A stretch of 64,000 nucleotides of DNA from a virus. The stretch spans positions 64,001-128,000 of the IMG/VR virus record IMGVR_UViG_3300035099_000047, one strand, 5' to 3'. A program made the translations under genes and the position numbers. The notes under the pieces are model-generated. The model was given only the letters and a program-made list of their open reading frames with translations, made no database searches and was not told where the DNA came from. Numbering within the stretch: the first letter of the stretch is position 1; the number at the start of each line of letters is the position of its first letter. Positions 56,993 through 64,000 of this stretch are shown in pieces.

Positions 56993-57397
56993 TTAGTGCC
57001 ACCAAACTTTTGCAGTTCCAACTAAGGGGGTGGCCATCTGACACTCTGGAAGAGGGGCAAAACCTACCACGTTGATCCGCACAAACCCCGTGGTCAAGGC
57101 GGTACCCAACCGGAACCCAATGAACACAGACACTTCATCATTGGACATCAATGGGTCCATTGTGGTTACTACCCGGCCCCCAGAAGACAGGCTAATAGGG
57201 CTGTCTGCCCCATAACCAATGATGTAATAACCTTGCCTTTCTTGGCACCCCTCAATGTATACCAACGCATCCTCTTCACTATTGTTCTCCAAGAACAATG
57301 CAACCCCTGGCACAGCTACTTCCCAAGGGCCCATCACTATCCGGTGATCTCCCGTTTCACTGGCCAGGATTATGGAGCGTGTTTGCAAGCCTAACAT
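56993..57397 (-). CDS. Hypothetical beta-rich protein
   Basis: ORF in operon. Confidence 0.55.
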   Translation of the reverse strand: MLGLQTRSIILASETGDHRIVMGPWEVAVPGVALFLENNSEEDALVYIEGCQERQGYYIIGYGADSPISLSSGGRVVTTMDPLMSNDEVSVFIGFRLGTALTTGFVRINVVGFAPLPECQMATPLVGTAKVWWH

Positions 57398-57400
57398 TGA

Positions 57401-57793
57401 TTAGTCCTCTTCATCATCAAAGTAACCAGGTCGGTCCTTAGCCCAAGCCTCAAATGCTTCCCAAGCAGATTGCATTTCTGCTCTGAATTGTTCTTCTAAC
57501 ATAGCCACCATCTCCTCTGGTTTCAACGAATCACTATATTCTGGATTGGTCCAATGTTCAAAGGAACTCTTCAGGCGCTCAAATACAATAAGAGACAGGC
57601 TCTCCTTTTCCATTGGACCACGAGGGTTCAAGCTGTTGTCAGGTCTCCCAAGGTGAACCCTCTTGTATTGAGGAGGCGGATGACCAAACTGCTTATAAAA
57701 ATTATGAAAATGCTTGTAACGAGGATCATCAGGATCCATAAACTTTGCTTCTGCTACTATCTTATTTACAGCCTGTTCAAACCGGTCCATCAC
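57401..57793 (-). CDS. Hypothetical protein with CTS-like N-terminus
   Basis: MDRFEQAVNKIVAE. Confidence 0.7.
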   Translation of the reverse strand: MMDRFEQAVNKIVAEAKFMDPDDPRYKHFHNFYKQFGHPPPQYKRVHLGRPDNSLNPRGPMEKESLSLIVFERLKSSFEHWTNPEYSDSLKPEEMVAMLEEQFRAEMQSAWEAFEAWAKDRPGYFDDEED

Positions 57794-59208
57794 CCAATCT
57801 CCAACAGGCGATCAATCAACTTATTGGCCTCGACCTCTAATGATTCCATTCCCCGCCTGCGCCGAAAGTATGCTGGCACACCTGGACCTTCAGGCTCCTC
57901 TTCCTCCATGCCTTCCGGTTCTTCAGGTTCCTCTCCACCTCCGGGCTCTTCCTCTTCACCTTCCTCAGGCTCTTCTGGTCCGTACTCACCCCAATCCTCT
58001 TCGCCCTCTTCGGGCTCTTCCTCACCCTCTTCAGGCGCAGGGATCTCAGCCCCGAACTCCTCACCTTCTTCGCCTTCTTCCCCCTCTTCACCAGGAGGTG
58101 GACCTTGACCGGGCACACTTACCAATTGACCCCCACCCCCAGGCAGACCGGTAGCCGGATTGATGCCTTGCATACCACCACCGCTCATGCCTCTTCCTCC
58201 ACCGGCCCCGCCTGCAGCAGCCTGGGGTTCACCTGGGGATTGACCGGGCTGACCTGGCTGACCAGGCTGACCCGGTTGAGGCAGTCCCTCTGGCCCGTAG
58301 CCCGGTCCACCCGTACCCAACACATCAATCTCTTGCTCCGTACTCAAAAACACCCAACAACCATCCTCAGGCCTTTGAATAACTTGGGCTCCAGGCATGA
58401 TTTGACGAAAGCTGGCCAACAACCTCCCCGCTTTGTCTTCACCCATGCTGGGGTCAAAGAACACCAGAATGGCATCCAGATCTTGCTCAATTGACGCCGT
58501 CAAATAATAGTCCAACAAGTCCAACACATTGATACGCAATACCAAAGCGTTGAAGAACTCGTCCATAGATGGCCGGTACTTCAATGGTTGATTGTACGCC
58601 GCTGCCGTGGGATCGAGCAATCCAACCCCTTCTTGCATACGGGCTGTACCTTTTATCAGCCGGTCCACTAATTGTTCCACTGTAGGTGAAACACGGTTGA
58701 TACGAGCAATCAAATAATCCAACGCTTGGTCAAAAGCTAGCCTCGAAGCTCGTGTCACATCGTCCAAAGCTATACCATACCATTTATGAATCGCCCTTTT
58801 AGCCTTTGCCCAATCCACTCCATAACTCTTTTCCCCAGTGAGCACAGCAACCTGTGCTTTCAAAGTCTCCAATTCTTCTGGATCCAATGCAACCCTTTTT
58901 TGCAAACTTTCTACTGGGCTACCACGCTCCACCGGTCGTGGAGGACTGGGATTAACTTGTTCTGGGGCTGGACGGGCTTCAGGCGGACGGCTTTCGTCTG
59001 GAGGGCTTTGCTTAGCTTGTTTAGCTTGCAACAGCTTTTCCTTGACCCGATGAGCCAAATCACTTTTCAAAAAGTCCTCAGCTGGTTGCAACCGACTCAA
59101 CCGGTCCCGGCTCACAATAGCTGCTCGTTCCGGTCCCTCATCCCGCATGGGTGTGGGATCCGGTACCGGGGCCTCAGACAACAGGTGTTCGATGAGCTGG
59201 TTAATCAC
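57790..59208 (-). CDS. Putative prohead core protein with Gly/Pro/Glu low-complexity tail
   Basis: MINQLIEHLLSE; PGQ and EEG repeats; C-terminal NKLIDRLLE. Confidence 0.7.
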   Translation of the reverse strand: MINQLIEHLLSEAPVPDPTPMRDEGPERAAIVSRDRLSRLQPAEDFLKSDLAHRVKEKLLQAKQAKQSPPDESRPPEARPAPEQVNPSPPRPVERGSPVESLQKRVALDPEELETLKAQVAVLTGEKSYGVDWAKAKRAIHKWYGIALDDVTRASRLAFDQALDYLIARINRVSPTVEQLVDRLIKGTARMQEGVGLLDPTAAAYNQPLKYRPSMDEFFNALVLRINVLDLLDYYLTASIEQDLDAILVFFDPSMGEDKAGRLLASFRQIMPGAQVIQRPEDGCWVFLSTEQEIDVLGTGGPGYGPEGLPQPGQPGQPGQPGQSPGEPQAAAGGAGGGRGMSGGGMQGINPATGLPGGGGQLVSVPGQGPPPGEEGEEGEEGEEFGAEIPAPEEGEEEPEEGEEDWGEYGPEEPEEGEEEEPGGGEEPEEPEGMEEEEPEGPGVPAYFRRRRGMESLEVEANKLIDRLLEIG

Positions 59209-59214
59209 AGCACC

Positions 59215-59649
59215 TTAATCCTTCCAAGGTTCTTCTTCATACAGATCAACATTAAGCAATTTCATCAATCTGGAGATCTTACCATAGTCTTTTGGTGAGT
59301 AGTAAAAAGTGTGCATACCATGAGAATACTCATATTTGTAACCCACATGATTGATCTGAAATGCCGTAGCTATCATTTGGGCATTCTTGCTACTTCCCAC
59401 TCCGACATAACCCGGATCCAAAGCAAACCTCTTAGGCAACTTGTCTGGAGTTGGTTCAGTCTCTGGCTCGTCAAGAGCTGGGTTGCTTTCAAATTCATCT
59501 TCAAACTCCGCGGGTTCAGGAGGTAACGACCTCAAAGGTTGGTCTGGATCACGCCCAGGATAGCGCTTTCCTCCACTACCCCAACCCTCCATCTGTTCAT
59601 CTATTGATTCATCCAATAGATGATGAAGAACTTTTTCAAACGGTCCCAC
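59215..59649 (-). CDS. Hypothetical protein with CTS-like N-terminus
   Basis: (M)GPFEKVLHHLLDE. Confidence 0.7.
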   Translation of the reverse strand: MGPFEKVLHHLLDESIDEQMEGWGSGGKRYPGRDPDQPLRSLPPEPAEFEDEFESNPALDEPETEPTPDKLPKRFALDPGYVGVGSSKNAQMIATAFQINHVGYKYEYSHGMHTFYYSPKDYGKISRLMKLLNVDLYEEEPWKD

Positions 59650-59651
59650 TG

Positions 59652-59882
59652 TTACCACCCTTGAGATTCAGCTTCCAACCGATCTAACCACTCCTCAGCT
59701 TCGGCTTTGCTTGCAAAAGTAGCATAGCAAAAACCACTTTCTTCCCCAAACACTCCCCAAGCTGCTGTATCAAAATCCCATTCCACGTACATTTCCTCAC
59801 GGTATTTGGGATGGTCTGGATACTTGGGATCCATTGTATATTCAACCAACAGATGCTTTACCTGTTGCTCAAATGGTCCCAT
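59652..59882 (-). CDS. Hypothetical protein with CTS-like N-terminus
   Basis: MGPFEQQVKHLLVE. Confidence 0.7.
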   Translation of the reverse strand: MGPFEQQVKHLLVEYTMDPKYPDHPKYREEMYVEWDFDTAAWGVFGEESGFCYATFASKAEAEEWLDRLEAESQGW

Positions 59883-59889
59883 ATCATCA

Positions 59890-60174
59890 CTAATCTGGAA
59901 AAGCCTTTTTCAACAAATCACGCTGGTGCTCTTTGGGCAACTCTCGGAAGAATTCCAAAGACTGATTTATGTAAGGGTTGGCCGATCGATATCTCCCTTT
60001 CATTACGATTTCCAAAACAAATGCTCTTTCATTCAAGGCCGAAGTTAAAGCACTAGAAGTACGGTCATAATAGGCCCAAACTCTTTTCAAAGACTCAACA
60101 ACCCATTCTTCCCAACCCATGATAGGATTGTTCCAAATGCTGAGATTTTCGACAGCTTCTTGAAACAAACCCAC
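59890..60174 (-). CDS. Hypothetical protein with CTS-like N-terminus
   Basis: (M)GLFQEAVENL; paralog of 60856 (RELPxxHQxxLLxxAxP). Confidence 0.65.
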   Translation of the reverse strand: MGLFQEAVENLSIWNNPIMGWEEWVVESLKRVWAYYDRTSSALTSALNERAFVLEIVMKGRYRSANPYINQSLEFFRELPKEHQRDLLKKAFPD

Positions 60175-60176
60175 CT

Positions 60177-60863
60177 TCACCACTCCCAAGCTTTGCGTTC
60201 TTCCTCCCTATCCAATATCTCTTCGCCCCACGCACGCCATATCTCATTGCCAACCAAGCTAGGCACCCGTCGACCTTCTACAGCAGCATAGTTGAACACC
60301 AACCCCTCCGTGTGAGGATTCACAGCATAGTAAATCTCAATACGGGCATAATCTCCATCCACCACCTGGTCCAAAGTGCCTGCTACATCCGCTGGTATCT
60401 GAACATCCGCTTGCATACCCCGCTCTTCCCACCACACTCCATCTTCATCCCGGTATACATCTATCAAAAACTGATTTTCCAACTTGCCCAGATACCCACA
60501 CACCAGCTGCTTAGGGTCTTGACCCTCCAACAACTCATCTACCAAAGCTTTTTCTCTTTGACCACCATCCACCAAACCATTCAAACGCTCCACCAAGTGG
60601 CGATACCTATCCACCAAGCTATCGGCCACACTTGCGCCGTTGAAGAGCTTGGAGTATATTTGGTCTTGGCACTCGTGAATCCGCTTCAGCGTGCTGCAAA
60701 ACAAATTGTTGCGAACGTAATCGTTGTTTGGCCTAATGAGTTGCTTTTCCACTGCAGCCTTCACTACAGCCTCATATACCTCCAAGTCCCGAGACAATTC
60801 AGGACGTGGACCCAACTGGGCCAATGCGTTGCGCCAAACAGGGAGTTGAACCGGTTCAGTCAT
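60177..60863 (-). CDS. Hypothetical protein
   Basis: Long ORF in operon. Confidence 0.65.
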   Translation of the reverse strand: MTEPVQLPVWRNALAQLGPRPELSRDLEVYEAVVKAAVEKQLIRPNNDYVRNNLFCSTLKRIHECQDQIYSKLFNGASVADSLVDRYRHLVERLNGLVDGGQREKALVDELLEGQDPKQLVCGYLGKLENQFLIDVYRDEDGVWWEERGMQADVQIPADVAGTLDQVVDGDYARIEIYYAVNPHTEGLVFNYAAVEGRRVPSLVGNEIWRAWGEEILDREEERKAWEW

Positions 60864-61176
60864 AATCAAACCACTCCGAAGGGATTGCCCTGTTCAATAA
60901 CGAAACTTGGTGTCCTGGAGGCAACTCCCGGTAAAGTTGCAAAGCTTCCAAATCGGACGAAATTTTATCCATTTCCATCTTGGTAACCACATCATGAACC
61001 ACTTTCCTAACTTTTTCAACTTTAGAAAGTTTATCTGATACGTGGTCCCAAGCATCTCCAACCATTATATCGTCAATGAGGCCCCAAACTTCTTGCAAAG
61101 CTCCAATCACTCGATCTTCCCAAAAAAATTGTTGGGATTCCGCAAGCTGGTTTACACCTTGTTCAAAACTATTCAT
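60856..61176 (-). CDS. Hypothetical protein with CTS-like N-terminus
   Basis: MNSFEQGVNQLAE. Confidence 0.7.
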   Translation of the reverse strand: MNSFEQGVNQLAESQQFFWEDRVIGALQEVWGLIDDIMVGDAWDHVSDKLSKVEKVRKVVHDVVTKMEMDKISSDLEALQLYRELPPGHQVSLLNRAIPSEWFDYD

Positions 61177-61181
61177 ATTCC

Positions 61182-61493
61182 TCACTTGAACAATGGGCTC
61201 GCAGAAGCCCTGCGCACATGTTGCACTGCCCGCCTCAAATGATTTATCACTCGTTGACGTTCAAAGTCCCAAGCAGGCCCTACCTCTGGGTCTCGCATAC
61301 GGCCAATCCGTTGTACCATCCCTTCAATCTCATGCAACAATTCGTGAATATCATCCAACCTCGCTTCTTCAAGCGGTTGTCGAGCGCTAGGGCCCATCAG
61401 TTGCTCAACCAAATAGTGAATATCACTTGTTAATGCTAGCTTGGCCATACTTGGACCAAAACTTTCTGCTCCAAACAAAAACTGCTCCATCAT
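61182..61493 (-). CDS. Hypothetical protein (start uncertain)
   Basis: ORF in operon. Confidence 0.5.
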   Translation of the reverse strand: MMEQFLFGAESFGPSMAKLALTSDIHYLVEQLMGPSARQPLEEARLDDIHELLHEIEGMVQRIGRMRDPEVGPAWDFERQRVINHLRRAVQHVRRASASPLFK

Positions 61494-61902
61494 TTATACT
61501 ACTAGTATCTCGCTCTTTCAACACTCCAGCGGCACTATCACTAGGCGTCAACTCACCAGGCAGGATCTTGGTACCTGGGGTATCCACAGCAGCAAAATCG
61601 CTGCTCATAGCACTTACATCGGTTGGGGCACCTTGCTCCACCAAGTCATCCACATCTACATTTGAAAACACCACCCTAATAATGGCCGTACCACCATTCA
61701 CAATGCGCTTGTCCCAGTTGCTTTTGATCCCTGTGACTATGGTTTCTATAGGGCTACGATTTCCCGAAATATCCGTCAAAGTCAACTCCGTATACAGTGA
61801 CGGTTGCTTAACTATGTCCACTCCAACCCGCAAGAATCCATAGCCGAGCTCTACCACTCGGTCTATCAACTCACCAGCAACTGGAGTGCTCAAGCGAACC
61901 AT
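61423..61902 (-). CDS. Hypothetical structural protein
   Basis: GGAGG RBS before MVRLSTP. Confidence 0.6.
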   Translation of the reverse strand: MVRLSTPVAGELIDRVVELGYGFLRVGVDIVKQPSLYTELTLTDISGNRSPIETIVTGIKSNWDKRIVNGGTAIIRVVFSNVDVDDLVEQGAPTDVSAMSSDFAAVDTPGTKILPGELTPSDSAAGVLKERDTSSINDGAVFVWSRKFWSKYGQASINK

Positions 61903-61924
61903 TACGAACCTCCAACGGTTCAAG

Positions 61925-61969
61925 CCTCAGCGCCCCGGTACCCCGCCAGGTAGACCTGAGGCGCTGAGG
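61925..61969. terminator. GC-rich hairpin after the core/scaffold gene
   Basis: CCTCAGCGCC/GGCGCTGAGG with nested CAGGT/ACCTG. Confidence 0.5.
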
Positions 61970-61985
61970 GAAACCGGAGAACCGC

Positions 61986-63266
61986 CTATCTGCTACCACA
62001 GAGCACACGAGCTGCCAACTTGTGAGGATTGGCACCACGCTCAATCAACTTGACTGCCCGCTCCAAGTCTCGACGGATGTCCTCACGCACCTTCTCTCCA
62101 GTCAAACCCGCAGCAGGTGCAGGCCCAACTCCCTTATCTGTGGTCTCATCCGTGGCTGAACCCTCCCGCTTAGTCACTTCTTCGGGGTGCCCTTCAATCT
62201 CATCCTTGGGCTTGCCCCCAGCCGGGGAGCTAGCGCTCGGATTAGTCAACTGGCTAGGGCTCTTTTCCTCCTTGGACTCCCCCTCACCGGTGCCACCTTC
62301 CTCACCAGGATTGGTTGGTTGTCCCACTTGACTAACCGAACTGGCTTGGGGATTGGTAACTGATGGGTCTTTGACAGTTTGAGTTGGCTTCATATCTTGT
62401 TCATCCAAAAACTGTTTTATGTCCCTCCTGAGAGCCTCCTCAGCAGCCTTGGCCTCTGCAGCTTCTTCAGCTCCTTCGCCACCCTCAGCACTGTGCTTTT
62501 CAATCTCAAAATCCATCAGCTGATCAATGGCATTTTGGATGTCAGCAACCAACTCTTGTTCCTCTTCAGGCACGGTAGCTGCAAAGTCCTTGACCAACTC
62601 CATCCGATCAGCTTCTTCGGCCTCAGCAGCTTCTTCAGGCTCCAACTCACCTTGCTCCGCCCATTCAGGCTCCGTGTCTTCCAAATCACTCAATGCCTGA
62701 TCTGCAGCAGCTTCAATGTCCGCACCTACGTCCTCTGCAGGCGATTCCTCTGCTGTAGGCCCTTCAACAGGTTCCTCAACAGGTTCATCTTCAACAGGTT
62801 CATCTTCAACTGGTTCATCCTCCATAGAGGTCTCATCATCATCCGAATCTTCCTGGAACCTACCCATGCCAAGCCCACGTCCCGGTGGCCCCATACCCAT
62901 AGGCCCCCACCGCCTGCGACGGCGCAATGTGCCGGGCCGACGATTGGCTTCAGGTGAAGGTCCCATCGGAAACTGTTCGTTCAATTCAGGATCGGTTTCA
63001 AGTAGCTTGTCCACCGCTTGGTCCTCCAAGGAATCTTGAATGTAATACTTGCCACTGGCCAAGTTAATGGTTTGGCGTCCACTGCCATCGCGGTTCATAA
63101 CAACCACGGTGTTAGCCGTTGGATTGATGTCATTCGGCTCGTTGCCCACATACTTGATTTCACCATTAGGCATGATGATTTTGGCAAACGGCCGGACATC
63201 CAGTGTGCGAGCAGTGCGTCGCGTGACCGTGCTCTTGGCTTCTGTACGCTGATTGGTTCGACTCAT
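61986..63266 (-). CDS. Acidic prohead core/scaffolding-like protein
   Basis: Very Glu/Asp/Ala/Pro-rich; start MSRTNQR coupled to the GT2 stop. Confidence 0.7.
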   Translation of the reverse strand: MSRTNQRTEAKSTVTRRTARTLDVRPFAKIIMPNGEIKYVGNEPNDINPTANTVVVMNRDGSGRQTINLASGKYYIQDSLEDQAVDKLLETDPELNEQFPMGPSPEANRRPGTLRRRRRWGPMGMGPPGRGLGMGRFQEDSDDDETSMEDEPVEDEPVEDEPVEEPVEGPTAEESPAEDVGADIEAAADQALSDLEDTEPEWAEQGELEPEEAAEAEEADRMELVKDFAATVPEEEQELVADIQNAIDQLMDFEIEKHSAEGGEGAEEAAEAKAAEEALRRDIKQFLDEQDMKPTQTVKDPSVTNPQASSVSQVGQPTNPGEEGGTGEGESKEEKSPSQLTNPSASSPAGGKPKDEIEGHPEEVTKREGSATDETTDKGVGPAPAAGLTGEKVREDIRRDLERAVKLIERGANPHKLAARVLCGSR

Positions 63267-64000
63267 GTCATTGCTCCAGTATTTGCTTGGTTTATCTTCC
63301 GCTTGATCTGAAGTGCACATTGATTCTGTTGATGTGCCCTACCATCGCTGCTCACGCTTTTGTCGTGCAATCGAAGGTAAGTCAATGGTTCAGCCAGCTG
63401 AGCAATACGATACTTTTGGGCAATCCGCCACCAATAGTCCCAATCTTGAGCATACGGGTAATGCTCATCATAACCACCAACAATATCTAAAACGCAACGA
63501 CGGAACATAACAGACGAATGCGCCAATTGGTTACGCTCCCTTAGCCCCTTAACTAGCTGCTCATGAGTGGTTAAAGTATTCCAGATTTCCTTGGTAGCCC
63601 GTTCACCTCGTATGATATGGACTGGAGTACCCAACAGGGCCACTTCAGGGTGTTCATTCAGGTAATGGACCTGTTTTGTGAATCGGCTAGGCTTGCTCCA
63701 ATCATCAGCATCCAGCCTGGCTATGAACTCACTATTAGCTCTACCTAGCCCGTGATTCAATGCCCGAGTAATCCCTGAATGGGGCATGCGATAGTAACCC
63801 AAGCGTCGGCTGAACGAGTGATGCTTTTGACGCAGGGCCAGGTAGGCATGAGGAGTTTGATCAGTGCTACCATCATCTACCAAGACAATTTCAATCGGGC
63901 CTACGTAGTCTTGATAAACGATTGACTCAATGGCTTGATGAAACCATTTCAGCTTCGGTGGTGAAGCCACATTCCATGCAGGGATAACTACACTGACCAG
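63263..64000 (-). CDS. Family 2 glycosyltransferase, partial (5' end outside the window)
   Basis: LVSVVIPAWN...IVLVDDGSTD...ALNHG...IARLDADD...HSSVMFR...QDWDYW. Confidence 0.93.
   Translation of the reverse strand: MVSVVIPAWNVASPPKLKWFHQAIESIVYQDYVGPIEIVLVDDGSTDQTPHAYLALRQKHHSFSRRLGYYRMPHSGITRALNHGLGRANSEFIARLDADDWSKPSRFTKQVHYLNEHPEVALLGTPVHIIRGERATKEIWNTLTTHEQLVKGLRERNQLAHSSVMFRRCVLDIVGGYDEHYPYAQDWDYWWRIAQKYRIAQLAEPLTYLRLHDKSVSSDGRAHQQNQCALQIKRKINQANTGAMT

Noticed and set aside
1-64000. Genome-wide stop-codon reassignment
   Set aside because: Long structural genes are intact under code 11 and TAA, TAG and TGA all terminate genes; interruptions are isolated
1-64000. Host assignment
   Set aside because: No marker in the window supports a specific host

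Overview
This 64-kb window is the virion morphogenesis region of a large, T4-like (contractile-tailed) bacteriophage. Almost all of it is coded on the minus strand. Reading right to left it carries a partial GT2 glycosyltransferase, prohead core/scaffold, prohead protease (gp21-like), major capsid protein (gp23-like), neck proteins, tail terminator, sheath, tube, tape measure and a full baseplate. After these comes a tail-appendage module, and a small early/regulatory region sits at the left end. The main findings are: (1) an RRE-bearing radical SAM/SPASM maturase of the CteB/SCIFF type, co-transcribed with three very large Cys-X-X-X-repeat proteins, one fused to an intact baseplate-wedge domain and another carrying part of it, which suggests RiPP-like thioether crosslinking of virion proteins; (2) about 28 unrelated small genes sharing an N-terminal MxxFExxVxxL(L)xE peptide that looks like a capsid-targeting/protease-cleavage signal; (3) four related inteins, two inserted at SPASM Fe-S cysteines and one carrying an HNH nuclease plus five tandem C2H2 zinc fingers; (4) a prfB-like +1 frameshift site in the tail terminator gene; (5) several candidate structured RNAs. 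All calls come from reading motifs by eye; no database searches were run.
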